Below are positions 51,213-64,000 of a DNA stretch of 64,000 bases, piece after piece. The first letter of the stretch is position 1, and each line of letters begins with the position of its first letter. This DNA comes from Phoronis australis (lineage: Eukaryota > Animalia > Phoronida). The stretch lies in contig NMRA01000097.1 of assembly GCA_002633005.1 (NCBI GenBank), positions 161,426-225,425 of the forward strand, in the 5' to 3' direction. A program made the position numbers and the translations under genes. The notes under the pieces are model-generated. The model saw only the letters and a list, made by a program, of their open reading frames with translations. It searched no databases and had not been told where the DNA came from.

Positions 51213-53823
51213 CTGTGGAAAGTATTATTTGTCTCATTGAGTTTCATGAAGTGTCTTAAATTCACGTCCACGAGTAGAATAGACAAAATGATAAAAGTTA
51301 TGTCACGGATTTTCTTGAGAGCTTTGCAATATTAATTCTGCCACTCCAGAAGTATAATACTTCAGAAGCGACCAAATGCCAAGGGTTGACAGAAAAGAAG
51401 AAATATCTCATCAAAGAGCGGTGTTTTCCCCGGACCTTGACGGTAATTCTGCTAGGATGTGCATGTAATCCATTAAACGTTGAGTACCAAAAATGTTTAT
51501 TGCATATGAACGTAGGCCTTGGCATCGCAATGTAGTTCAAAGTAAAACTTAGAAAAGGATAACTTTTCAGCTGTTTGCACTGTTGCTCTTGATATATAAC
51601 GCCATACTTTTAGTTCACAAAGGTGATGGCTTAGGAATAACCTAACTACACTGGCATCATCTGTCATATGCGTCAGCAAATTTCTACGCGCATCACCTTG
51701 GACAGGTCAGTGACACAAAAATGAATCTCGTTTTCTCAGCAAAAAGTATGTCTTAATTCAAAAATTCTCACGTCCTCGTTTGAACGGTTGTGTAGAATTT
51801 TAATAAGTAGGATAACAATGTGTCAAATAACTGCAAACTCGAATGAAACTTAGAGTCAGTTCTCTAATTGGTTAAAATTTTAATTAAATCAAAATAGTTG
51901 TTTTATATTAAAATTTTCAAAGTCAGTTAATTTTGGTCCGACGCATATCAATTCAGTATAGAATAAGAAGAGCTGCATATGGGGGAAGTGGGGAAAACGT
52001 GATTCATCAGTCAAAACAAAAATCGGAAAAATATAGGAGACATATGGGGTGGACGCGGAAAAGTTTTGTTAGGAAAACTAGTGTCACGATGGGAGGACGC
52101 TGGTGTCGCGAACATTTTTTTTCGTATTCTTAATTTTAGGCAAACATATATGATATGACTAACGTCAGTCCCAGATCTGGCTTTGGATGTCTAAATCCAC
52201 TTGCATTTTTATGGAAACCGATATATTTCGTTTCTACCTAAAAACATAGAGCTGCAGATAATACGTCACATCAACTGGTGCGACCATTGTGAAAAATGGC
52301 CAATTGAATATGAAAGCACCTAAACGATGGTCTGTTAGAAAAAAATGCTTACAGGAGTATTTCGGTTATGGCGGTATTCTTGTGAGGCTATAACAAACGG
52401 TTATGTTTTGCTAATAATTCCACATTATTCTAGGTCTGCATCAGCTTGGCGATGTACTTGGAAGAACATGGGCATTGAAACACTCACCGCAGTGGTGGTA
52501 TTGGGCTGTCTACACCCACATTGGTAGAGCTTCATATGTTTCATTGTTTAGTTTAAAAATAATGTGTGAGTTTGAAACAAGATAAAACGTCCTTGGTTTA
52601 GCCAATGTGCTTGCACACTTGAACAAGAACCTCAGAAATCCATTTATCTATTTGTTTAAGCCAGTGTAGTCTTTCTGGTTCTGTTATTAGTTTGAAAAGG
52701 TAGACGCAAAAGTGTGCTGATCAGATTAATACAATTTAAGCTCTACGCCTGGTTGTGCCTGTTGAATTCAGCGTAATATTGGTAAAGCCACATTTCAGGA
52801 CAATGCTACAGACTGTTAGAGATATGAAAAGCGCTGAGCATTACGTGGAGTTCTGTATTGCCTTATCAGACTAACCACATACATGTAAACAAGTTGATAA
52901 CATAATGGGAATTGAAATTTATCGTAGTTGCCAACAGTTCCTGACCATCTTCCCTAGGTTAAGATTGTCATACAGATTAAAATAAAAAGTTACAATTTAT
53001 ATCTGGTTAGTCTGAAGTCCAACTTTTATTAAACACATTGCATGAAAGTTTCGTTTTACAAGAATGCACGGTTTACTCCAGGTTGTAATTGGATGGAAGT
53101 TTACCACATATATACGTTATACTAAACTCGTGAAGAATAAATTTGTTTCGAATGCCTTAGCAGTGAGTCCAAGGTTAAAACTCCATTCAAAACAACTGGA
53201 AATCTATCCCAATGCATATTGAATGCTTGAATCCTGGAGAGCAATTGGTTAAATCTTGGGTTCGAGTTCAAAGACTAGTTTTTTTGGCTCTGTTTGACGT
53301 GAGTGTGTGCAATTGAGTTTTACAAATCAATGTAGTGCACGATTAATATCCAACAAGTTAGGTAGTCTTATACTGATGTCTCTTACTCGTCTGGTGTTAA
53401 ATTCTGGTATCTTTATTGCAGAGTGTTGCTTTAACTATCATTGGATCAGAACTGCTCTTCAGACAACACAGCGTAAAATGTTAGGAATAGTAACTCGTGA
53501 ACCTATTTTTTCTCTGTATGTACATGCACATATTATTTCCATCACTTTAAGTCTCATATAATGTCACAGACTGAGAAAAAAGGATGTGCGAATATAACAT
53601 TATATTGGTTTATGTGTATTATTAATGAGGCTTAATGACCCTGATTATTGAAATATTTCTGTTTTTTGGTTCTTGTACCTCACACATGTCCACTTATTAT
53701 AATGAACTAATGTATCTTGCGCAGACACATATTATTTACGGCAATTAATCACTCATAATGGAATGTTAATAAAACCCTACTTTTGTTTAATATGTTACTA
53801 TATTCCGCTGTCGTTTACTTTAG

Positions 53824-54257
53824 GGACAGATTGATTTCTCTGAGAACTTGTCGTAATGGTATTATGCCAATGGAAAATTACAGTTTTGAAAACTTAAGTT
53901 TCCCAGAAATTAAGTTTTCAAAAAACTAAGTTTCTGAAAGTTACGTTTTTAAAGAACTTTGGTGCTTCAGAACTGATTTTCTCGAACACACATAAGTTTT
54001 CATAACTTAAGTTTTTAGATCTTAAGTTTAAAGAACTTCAATTTTGAGGAAATTTTTGAATCAAATAAGCTATCAGAATTGAAGGTTGTTCTAATAACTT
54101 CTTCCTAAAAACGTTTCGTGATTAAAAACTTAAGATTTCCAGACCAAAAACTCAGATTTTTCTATGACAACTTAAGTTCATTTTTGTAAAGTTAGGGAAG
54201 TCAATTGCTTCGCAAGTGATGCGCAGCTACACATCACGAATACCAGTCCATCTGTCC
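53824..54257. repeat. AT-rich element with clustered AACTTAAGTT-like palindromes and short inverted ends
   Basis: Repeated aacttaagtt variants between 53890 and 54180; ends ggacagat/atctgtcc. Confidence 0.5.
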
Positions 54258-54841
54258 AAACTAAATGGTTACCTAACGCGGTTTAGGCCTATTAACATAT
54301 TAAAAAGGACGTTTCTGAACCTTTTACTGGAATAGCGCAATACTCTTTAAACCGGAACAATCCTCAAAGTTTTGGAAGGAAATATGAAAACTCGTTTCAA
54401 ACTCTTGTAAATGGACTAGCATGACCTACGCTTTTAGCGAATTGCACGGCGACTGCAGGAAAACTCTCACTGAGAACAATAATATCTAAATTTATTCTTT
54501 GACATAGGGAGTATGAGTATTTATCTGGTTCCTAATTTCATCTTTCAAGACTGACGCCTATGTCTGCATTAGCAGGTGACAAACCATGATGGGTTTAAAT
54601 CATCAAGACAGAGTTTAGTATCCTGCTGAACAATTTAGACACAGGAAAACCAGGAGACGGTGTCTTTCAGCAAATGTGATATCTAATGAACCTGCGCTAG
54701 GAATTGCAAAGTTACAACGGGTAACTTTTCGAGAAATTGCAGTGCAACGCAATAAACTTTGGTACACTGTACATGTTTCGCCCTATTTTCTACGAGAACA
54801 TACATGTACCATGTGAATGTAATAAGGACAACTGAACTCAC

Positions 54842-54997
54842 CAAAAGATCGTCTCAGATCATTTTCTTCAACAGTCATGGACACACCGTTGCCATTCCAG
54901 CCAGTCTGCGCGTCCCCCAAATCTATGCCACTGCATTCCCCCACATGGAACTTAACTGTGATGTCGCCAGATATTTGTAAATCACATATGCCACCAA
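54842..54997 (-). CDS. CTHRC1-domain gene exon (domain 1, part c)
   Basis: tttcAG|TT acceptor and TTT G|GTGAGT donor; 156 nt. VGGICDLQISGDITVKFHVGECSGIDLGDAQTGWNGNGVSMTVEENDLRRSF (absent from the ORF track). Confidence 0.88.
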
Positions 54998-55162
54998 CTG
55001 AAAAGTGAATAAAAGATAAAGATGCAATAAAATACGCAATGATGAATGGGTGGTCAGTTTTGTCTTACCGGTCACAATTCTGGCGAAAGTCTCTTCAGGA
55101 GCCTAGAATACTCAACTCCGGCAATACCCTCGTATTACTACACAAGCGAACGTAAGACTCAC

Positions 55163-55361
55163 CTTGAGCTGGCCTATAATCATCCCTTGCTTTACCCTTG
55201 TACCACACTATCTCAATTTTCCCAGGCGAGGAGCATTCTTGATCGTTGAAAGTGAAGTACCAGCGATTACAGCAATTCCCGCAGTTGTACCCGGCGCGAA
55301 CAATACCTCGGAAACGCACCCTCAATGAAGTGAAAGAATACTGCTTCTTGAAAGTTTTAGT
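55163..55361 (-). CDS. CTHRC1-domain gene exon (domain 1, part b)
   Basis: tttcAG|ACT acceptor and CAA G|GTGAGT donor; phase 0/1. FKKQYSFTSLRVRFRG...CGNCCNRWYFTFNDQECSSPGKIE. Confidence 0.9.
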
Positions 55362-57067
55362 CTGAAACACAGAGCGAATAGGTGTCCTAAGAGTCCAACA
55401 GCGATACGCTCAATCAATCTTATTTCTGAAAATACTGGATATTCGTGTATACTTTTACGAATACCGCAGTTATCAAATTAGGATACTCATTCACTTTATA
55501 AGGACTCACAGGTCGGGAGCTGTCGTGTCAAGGATGATACTTTTTATTTTTGAATGAACCCTTTTTGTTAATTCTATGACGTATCTTGGCATACTCTCAG
55601 AGCACAAAATCGAGAATAAATTACCCACTACTTTGGGTCAGAATTCGTTTGAATTGTATTTAATCTGTCATAAGTATTCCTCCATACTCTTTGTCAAAAT
55701 CTCAAATACGTATCGCCAAGTAGAGTCATAAAGATACAACTTAACAGCTGGGCAAAATAACGCCAAATTAAAGTGGCAAAATATCAACAAAAAACGTTAT
55801 TTTCGTGCGAGAAATTTTAGCCAAACAATTCTGACGTACCCTTAACCCGCAAGTTTTGAGGACACTAGAAGCGTCAAAGAGTTGACATTATTACAACGAA
55901 CATGGAGAACATTGATACTGCCAGGACGACATTACCATGAGATCATCATAGTGCTAATAAACTTTTTTAATAATGGTCATTCTGCCATAAATGTGCTGGC
56001 TGTACTTTGGAGCAAGTTTTCGGATATACAGAATTGATTGAACACGAGACATGTTTCATTATTGACAGTCTTTATTCCGTTACGTTCATATCTTCGGAAT
56101 AAAAGTCTACTCTCAACGGAACATAGATAAAGTACATGTAGCTGTCAAACCGCTTTCAGTGGCGGCTTAATTGCTCACTTTAGGTACGCGTTACACAAAC
56201 ATGTCCATTTTCTTCCGCTTAGAAATTAGTAGCCTAACCCAACTTTTCGTTCTACTTGGTTAGGAATTCAAAATAAGTGTCAGTATTTCTGTTATGGAAT
56301 AGATTATGCCGTACCTGAATGTTTGTGTAATACATCTTTGTACTTGATAACCCACGAATTGAAGCTATTCGGTCTAGTCTGATCTCAAACTCTCAACATG
56401 CTACTACTGATTTTCGCTTGAATCTTGGGGCCATCAACTTGTACTATTCACTCATCACAATAAATTCGGGTACGGAGTGATGTCTAACTCTTATTTTGAG
56501 TTTGTAATAAAATAGGGCGGAATTTTCCGATTACGAGAAAGAAGGAAGAACTTTGTGCCCAGAAACTTTGTTTTCAAAGTAATTCATTACATCAAAGCAT
56601 TGCATAGACTGTTGCGTGTTCAACAAGTCACAGTTTCCACGCAAAATCCACAAATATGAATGTGAGCTAACTTTCAATAAAAAATGACCGAGCTACATTT
56701 AAAATGTGTTAACGTCATGCTGAAACCAACCAACCTTTTGATTGGTCCTCGGCATTAATCTCTTGCTTCCTGTCACAAACCAAGGTTTGCTTGAGATCAG
56801 ATGTCGGTATAAATGGTACTATTAGATTCCTTGGAATAGCAATCAATGCGCGAGAAGTGTCCATTATTTTTTATGTGTCGAGCAATAGCTTTCTTGCTCC
56901 TGAAATCAACTCAAATTTGACGAAGACCAACTAGAGACCAATGGTATGAAGACCAGTGACTTCAATCAAAACTTGATTTTTGAAACTGAGAAAGCACGAA
57001 GTTAATGCTGCTTTAAGACGTGTAGCGATGAATCAGGCCACACGTTAGCAAACATCCAAAGACTCAC

Positions 57068-57162
57068 CAATAAAGTTGCGCTGTCGCTAGCAGAAAGGTA
57101 GTTCTTGTAGTAATAATGTCTGATGTTAGCAACCGGGACTTCGTCACATTCTTGATATGGCG
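57068..57162 (-). CDS. CTHRC1-domain gene exon (domain 1, part a)
   Basis: acacAG|CG acceptor and TTG|GTGAGT donor; 95 nt, phase 1/0. APYQECDEVPVANIRHYYYKNYLSASDSATLL parallels the 49314-49396 exon. Confidence 0.7.
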
Positions 57163-59644
57163 CTGTGTTTAGGAAGAAGGCATATCAATGGCCATGTCTA
57201 GTATTAACATTTTGGACGCTGGTCTAGTAAATACTAGTGAGTTGGTAGTATCAAGACATTTTACATGAAAGCGTTGTGTTCATGAAGATTGGATGACATT
57301 TATAGACGCTTGTGTACAAAAAAAAAAATACAGTAGGCAGCAAGAAACAGACATTGCGACCGAAAGATAGCTTTTAAATATGTTTTACAAGATACAGCGT
57401 TCCACGTTCCCTCTCAGATATGCCTAAAATCATTAACTACGCCATCTGTTGACTAGTGAATTCGTCTGCTAGGAAGATGATAGGCCACAATCCGTTTCGC
57501 AGACAATGCCTCTTTCTATCCTTGAACGGCTTAACATGATGATTACCCGACAGACAAAACCACATGGGTCAATTTCACACAACATCACCCTTCCGTTTCG
57601 TAAGAGGAGATGTGAAACCTAATCAAATCACTTTTTTCATTTCTAGTGGATTGTAATATCTTGAAAAGACTGTATACTTGTGCGATCTGACCATACTCGC
57701 AGGGAATTACCTAAAAACTCAGCAGTAATTAAGTAGAACGGATTGACAAATTATCACTGCCTGCATATTCTCAAAGAATTTGCACATTGTTGATGGTAGC
57801 ACTCGATAGGTTCTTTTTTGTTTTAGGAAATAGTTGCATGGAGAGTAATTCAAACTTCCTTATGCTACCAGTGTAAAGAGGTTCAGATTCACTGTGAAAC
57901 AATCTTATTAGAAAGCGGCAGTGATACAACAGGTTTCAGAATAATGAAAAACGGCAAAATGCATGCTCACCATAGCAAGTATGAAGGGGAGTGAATTAGG
58001 ACATAGATATAATGAATAAATATTGGGGCTTTTCTTTTAAGTCCAAAGCTACCGTTGCAGAAATTCCACTAGTGATGAGCCAGTTCGGCTGAAGTTCTTT
58101 TCAAATTATCATAGCGGGAAGTACTCTACAGTGCTCTTTTAAAGTGTAGTAAATGGGGTGGAAGGAATATTTCCCTATAAGAATGGGAAAAATCTTGGAT
58201 AGTTTGAACAAAACAAAAAAAGAGCGGACAGCGCGGTATCCAATGTCAAGAACAATAGATGATCGACAGTGAATGTGCAGAACGATATCAACTGGATTAA
58301 AAAGATAACTCAATCTTTCACTTTGGAAACTTTGAAGATTTACTCTTAATATTTTGTGTTGATGCACTAATTCCAATACGTAGTGCGTAGTGACGCGTAA
58401 TGTTTCCTGTGTAAACAAGCTCAGGTTTACTGTATAAGCTACGTACCGGTACTCATCCTGTCATCTTCACGTGTCCGCTAAATAACGCGTACCTGTAACG
58501 CTTACGATGTATTTTGCATGGAGTCAAGAGCCGCGGGCTATCATTGTAAGTTGATAAATTCGCTTCTTGCTAGTATCTCTTTAGGACATTTTGTATTGCC
58601 CGCATTTTGTAACGCTTGTTGTGATATTATTTGTATTCCTGTTATACTATTTTTTTAATTCCACGTATAATTTCTTCGTAGTTGATTCATATATTAAACC
58701 TTTTTTTCCGACCCGGGAACATAGTGTGCTCTGCAAATTATTATTTCGTTTAAGCGGTTGATAGTGCAACCTAATAACTCGCCAATAAACGTATCATATC
58801 CGATCACGTGTTTTCTATGGCCCGTGACTCCTACATTTTGCAACAGTGCCGTACCAATATGTGACTGACTCAACCAAGAATATGGCATTGACCAGGATAG
58901 TGACCAGTTTAGATTTACAATTTTACTGACCAATGTGTAGGTGTAATATCATTTGTCGTAAAAGTGCAATATTTTGTCGCGGTACTAGCGTCTACGTCCG
59001 CATATGTACCTTCAGGTTCAATTGTTTATTTATACCCAATATTGGCAGATAATGGTGCAGTGAATGAACAGTATTTGATCATTTTCAAGAACTCTTTATT
59101 AGTAGAAACATGAGTTGTCAATCAGACTAGGCAGGCTTGCTTTGTCTCAGGAATGTTCTCCGCAGACTCAAGAAACTCGTTAAAACGTAAAATCACGCAA
59201 GTCTTCACAGAATACTGCCGTGTACTAAAAGCCAGCTAGTTTTTGGCCAATTTCTTACGTCTACTGAAGACACGCATCTTCTTGCAGGACACGTCTTTCT
59301 TGCGAGAATAGAGTACCAATCCACCAACGCACGCGCTGAGACTATGTGCAGTCTTTGGCTTCCAGTAATTTAACACTGAAACTGGGATATATTGTTTCGT
59401 GTTCTGTGACACCATATGTGTAAGGTAACAAAGCATTTGTTGCTTACGCAACAATTGTTAAGAAACAGGTACGGGGTATATGTAATCACTTAATTACTTA
59501 ATACCGCGCTCAACGCCCCGTCGTCATGACCTAGTGCTCTTGACCTATCCGAATGTTAAACAGAGGAGACCTTATTGATCAGCACAACCTAGGGAATCTG
59601 AAGTCTCACATTTATGTTGTTCTGCAATGTTATGGAAGACTTAC

Positions 59645-59756
59645 CCACGCAGACGCCCACGTTGTTAGTGCAGTCTGTCACACAAGCCTGGCTCCCGTCT
59701 GAGCACTGGGCGATCGTGCATTCGGTGTTCGAATCAGCCACGTTGTTGGCGTTGAA
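59645..59756 (-). CDS. CTHRC1-domain gene, Cys-rich exon (most 5' exon found)
   Basis: ttttttcAG|TTC acceptor and GTG G|GTAAGT donor; 112 nt, phase 0/1. FNANNVADSNTECTIAQCSDGSQACVTDCTNNVGVCV. Confidence 0.65.
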
Positions 59757-61639
59757 CTGAAAAAAGCGATTGCATGGCTACATCTAAAATTATCATAAAT
59801 GAGCAATCTCTGTTAACACGTTGATCGCGTACCTGGTTTCTAGACAAAAGGGTCATCGGGTTCCGAGTACAAATTTGACCGTTGAAAAATAATTCATTTG
59901 CACAAATAAAGAACAAGTGTGGGCGAAGACTGTCAATAATAGATGCGTTTGCAAAATGACTACGTCGTTGTATTGACCGGGAAACAGCCAATCTAAGGCA
60001 TGCTATTAACGTCACGAGTCAAAAGACCAAATGTAAAGAAAAAATTCACGTTTTTATCCAGAACTTGTTACAGTGTCCATAATTCAATATTAATAATCGC
60101 CTTCAACCTTCGAATAAGTGGTGTTACACGACCGATGCGAACTCATGTAATGGACACACAGTAAAACTAGGTTAATGGGGCTATTCGGAAAATTTACAAT
60201 AACTAGAGGGCGCGCGTGTACTAGTGGTGATAGATTAACAGCCTCGATTTCGCGAGCCTTTTAAATACATGGTGAAATGGCTTGAAGCTGTGTCAACTGA
60301 ATCTGAGATTACGTGAAAAAGGTGCTTTTTTGAGAGCAAATAAGCACTCCCTTATACAAAGGTAAGGTTTGTGCTTATATAACCGATTATTCCATGTTTA
60401 GTCTACTGATGCCTGTTAACTGAGGTACTCCCCGATGTCGACTTCGCGGCAGTCGCCAACGTTCGGGTCAATCTTTGTTGTGATGTGTGTTGCGATAGTT
60501 GACGTAGCACTCGGGATCTTTTCGTACATCAAAGCAGTATTATTGTTTGGAATGATTTATAACACGTCGATCAATTGCAGTTATATCAATGAATGCTGAA
60601 TGTTTATGCTGTTAACTCGATGTAGGTTTGTGAGTTACGATTACAACCCAAGCCCAATGCCATGTCAAAGGATACGTGACAAATATCCATTAGACTTTTT
60701 GTTAACTCCCTATTCTATGTCTTCCGGAAATCTATTACACGTTGAAATGGAAATGTATCATGTCTGTTTTCACGTGACCTTTGGGTTATAGGTTTGAGGG
60801 CTTGTACCGTGCAGAAGAGATATGCATCGCTACCGTCCCTGAATGGACAAAAATTGGTTTTAAGCAGATGACTGCATATCAAGGCCTGAATTTCTGAATT
60901 AAGTTTAATTCTCTCAGGTTATTGCTGAAGGATTGCTTTTCACTTTGTCCAAAGGTAAAATAGACGGTCAGCCGGCTGGTTTCAGTTGATTTCTCTCACC
61001 TGTAACAGAATAGTCAGAGAAATGCTAACGCATTATAGAAGAAAACACGAGGCAAAACTACTTTAGTAAGGCAGATTATACTTGACGTTTCATCGTCCTG
61101 TTTATATGCAGAAACTTTTTACCCAAATGATATTTAAGATATGAATTAAAATATGTGAACCCGGCTAAACGTCGTTTAACAATGTGTATTTTTCACGAAA
61201 CCTAAAATGTGCTTCTGTTCTCACGTAAAATTCATTCTAGGTGTCAATTTTTATTCCAACGCAATGTTACGACGTTTACAGAATAGCTTATTCATGTTAA
61301 TTCGGCAACTAATCTGGTAGTCCTGGGGATACGGTCCGCCATAAAATAAGGAAACTCACTCATCTAGAGAAGTTTATTGGACATAGCATATCTTTGAAGA
61401 GAAACTGCTGTGAAAAAGTCACTCATGACTTCTTCACGTACTATACACCTCTTATATTGGGCGCATTCCCACCCAGGACAGTATGTGAATATGTGCTGCT
61501 AGCCTATCCGACATCCAAGTCCCGGGTGAGTTTCCGAAAAGAAAAACTTAGTTCCATTCAATAAACCCGTTATTCATTGGGATAACTGGAGGGGATAACA
61601 TCAACGAACGATGTCTATAGAAACTTGATTGCTAAAAAC

Positions 61640-61830
61640 TTACCAAGTATCGTTACGTAGTCTCCCAATGGGGCTTCGGCATCCACACACTTTTTTCAGT
61701 TGGTTGACTCTTTTGACCGCAATTCTCCACGAATGTAGTAACCATAGGTGTTTTGGGTAATTGTGACCACCTGTCGAAGACTTGCACCGGGGAAAATATC
61801 AATAATAAGGCTTAGCGCGAACGACGTATT
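61640..61830 (-). mobile_element. Decayed THAP-domain fragment, copy B (homologous to 30608-30860)
   Basis: gaccacctgtcgaagacttgcacc aligns with ggccacctgtcgatgatttgcacc; reads GGHNYPK...WRIAVKRV; ends TTG|GTAAG at the same position. Confidence 0.65.
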
Positions 61831-61879
61831 TTGATAACAATCCGTCTGTTCACCAGTTCTTTACATGCAGACAGCGACG

Positions 61880-62195
61880 CACGCACAATTCGAATTGGTT
61901 TGACAATTTGCCGAGATGAATATGCATTGGAACGCAAAGCGGTATCTGCCTGACAACCTATTTCGCAACTGCTACTCCAGCCTAAAAAATAGCTGCCGAC
62001 TAGTGAGTCGGCTGATGGCCGGTCGGCAGTTTAGGTTGGCAGTAGAGTCGGCTGGGGATCGCCTCACGATTCGGCACAGCGGTCGGCTTCCGGTCGGCTG
62101 AAAATTAGCCGACTGGTCGGTTAATTTGCCGACCGGTCGACGGCCGGTATTCGACTCCTAGCCGACCGGTCGGACAAAAATTCGCGATGTGTGTT
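61880..62195. repeat. GC-rich CCGAC/GTCGG motif cluster with weak inverted ends (transposon-terminus-like)
   Basis: Many gccgac/gtcggc motifs including ccgaccggtcgg palindromes; lies directly next to the THAP fragment. Confidence 0.55.
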
Positions 62196-64000
62196 GTATA
62201 CAGTGTACCTTGCACTATTTGGCTACTCAGATACAGTGAATACTCTGCAGTTTTGCAAAAGGATGCGTTACAAACAACACAGGTCTGCGTCTATAATAAA
62301 ATGTTACTCAGATCAGACCCCAACATGCAATATAAAAGAGTCTAGCATGTAACTAGAAAACACGTGAATTTTACATTTCAACAGACCTACAGTAGGAATG
62401 AATTGTCAAATCGCCTATTGATGTGATTTTTAAAGAGTTTTATTGTTAGTTCGCTACCATACGGTTTAGCCTGAAGAAATGCTAGGAAACGTCTTTTTGA
62501 GCGGCAACAAAGAAAGAATCCTGGCTACATAAACCATTGTTTTGCCATTTATGTTGCGGATTATGTGCTCGGAATATTATGCACCCAAAGAGCTACATTA
62601 CCCTTGTTAGATAGATCTAATACATGTGCCACTGGCGCAAGGAAATTTTAATGTTCCCTTGTAAGCAATGCTTTATTTCCATGTCTTTGAACATGAGCAC
62701 CCAGGCAAGGGCCTTCATGCCTGCTTTCACACACTTGCAGGTAGGACATTATTTATAGAACAATAATCTTGCTACAACAGAGGTTGGTGATAGGTGAGTG
62801 CTTGTAACATGTAAAATGTAATTATGAAATCCAATGGCTTGGTTTTTTTCAAATATGTGAATCTGGCTTGTTTGAAACTGTGTGTAATTTATCTGATGAT
62901 TTTTCGGTATATGAACCTCACCCTCCTTGGGCCTGTGCAAAAAATTTGCATCTCTAAATTTCAACCCTTTTTGCAACAAGGATTATAATTACTAACATTT
63001 TGCCCATTTTCCTTCTTTTCACGCGGCGTACCATAAGATTCAACGTCCACTTGTGGTGGCCACTTTTGATGAAAAATGAAGGTCGTCATGTAACTGGAAG
63101 AGATGGATTATTTTGAAATATCATCTTTACAGGTTTGTAATCTAAAATATTTTGCACAAGAGACACCAAATAAAAATATAACCTAATGCATCACAGTTTT
63201 ACAAAAGGTACCTACACAACAACTTGTGGTCACAGCCCAATTCTATCATGCAAAAATTCATAAGGTGGTTGTTAATCTAATTTATTCCTTATCAAATTTA
63301 AGAAGTATCACATAGTAAAGTAAAAAAATATTACCGTGCTGATCAAGTAATTCTGGATATTGATTCATTGATATCTTAACACAGTGTGATAAGAACTTCT
63401 TCACTTGATATATGATTTTTACAAAAGGAAAACGACAAGTAACTACTTTCTCAAAACTTTTATTGGTGATATTTGTCTGATTTTCTATTATTCTAGACGC
63501 ATTTCTGGAAAATGTGCATGTTAGAGGCATTTTTTAGTAAAAGTGGGGAATCTATCTTTTTAGCATAATTATGGTGTGCTGATTTCAATTATGCCTGTTC
63601 CCAAGCTGGATTTTGAGTTTTTGACCATCTAATTTGCATAAACAAAATGGCCGCCAAACCAATAAGATAAGAAACATTCATAAGACCAGGAGTAAGATAT
63701 GTGACGAACAATTAGGAAATTTTTGCTACAAAAACATAGTATAAGTTTTTTTAGATCACTTAAATCTAAGAGCATATTAATGAACGTCATTAAATTCCCC
63801 AATTATGATAATTAGCTTCCGCCATTACCAAAATATTCAAATTTCGTTGTAACTTTATCAATTTGCAGGCAAACATGACAAATAAGGTGTCTATACCTAT
63901 GTTTTGAAGGTCTAGAAAAATCATTATGACACATGTGAAGCTTTTTATTTCATCTTCACTAAGTTACAAATGCTCATTAATAAAGTCTGAGAATTAAATT

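Noticed and set aside
52353-52509. Two micro-exon-like segments with GTGAGT/GTAAGC donors on the minus strand
   Set aside because: Using both gives a stop or a phase mismatch, and there is no domain support for either alone.
56315-56373. Alternative minus-strand phase 1/0 exon (DRIASIRGLSSTKMYYTNIQ)
   Set aside because: 57068-57162 has better splice sites and matches the paralogous part-a exon; both cannot be included in frame.
59236-59345. Possible minus-strand exon (ACVGGLVLYSRKKDVSCKK)
   Set aside because: Available acceptor and donor phases do not fit the flanking phase-1 junctions.
1-64000. Prokaryotic systems (operons, CRISPR arrays, rRNA/tRNA genes)
   Set aside because: The sequence is intron-rich animal DNA; no regularly spaced repeat-spacer array or complete structural RNA gene was seen.

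Overview
Eukaryotic (animal, probably marine invertebrate) genomic DNA, roughly 39% GC by eye, with spliceosomal introns, so the ORF track shows only exon fragments. It holds two convergent multi-exon genes; no start codon or signal peptide was found for either. (1) Plus strand, 4759-29838: a predicted single-pass receptor of about 2,100 aa or more. It has 13 phase-1/1 Ig-like exons (mostly alternating between two types), a TSP1 exon, and one 1.6-kb terminal exon. That exon encodes a TM helix, a helical region, a segment that aligns by eye with the dynein heavy-chain microtubule-binding domain (MTBD), and a basic tail. (2) Minus strand, 59756-36037: a protein of at least 541 aa with a Cys-rich segment, three CTHRC1 C-terminal-like domains and one fibronectin type II domain, with no collagen repeat in the visible exons. 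Introns and intergenic DNA contain a decayed Gypsy pol, three THAP fragments, hairpin/MITE-like elements, a 751-bp duplication around an N (probable assembly artefact) and a strong excess of TACATGTA. All calls come from manual reading and motif recall; no searches were run.
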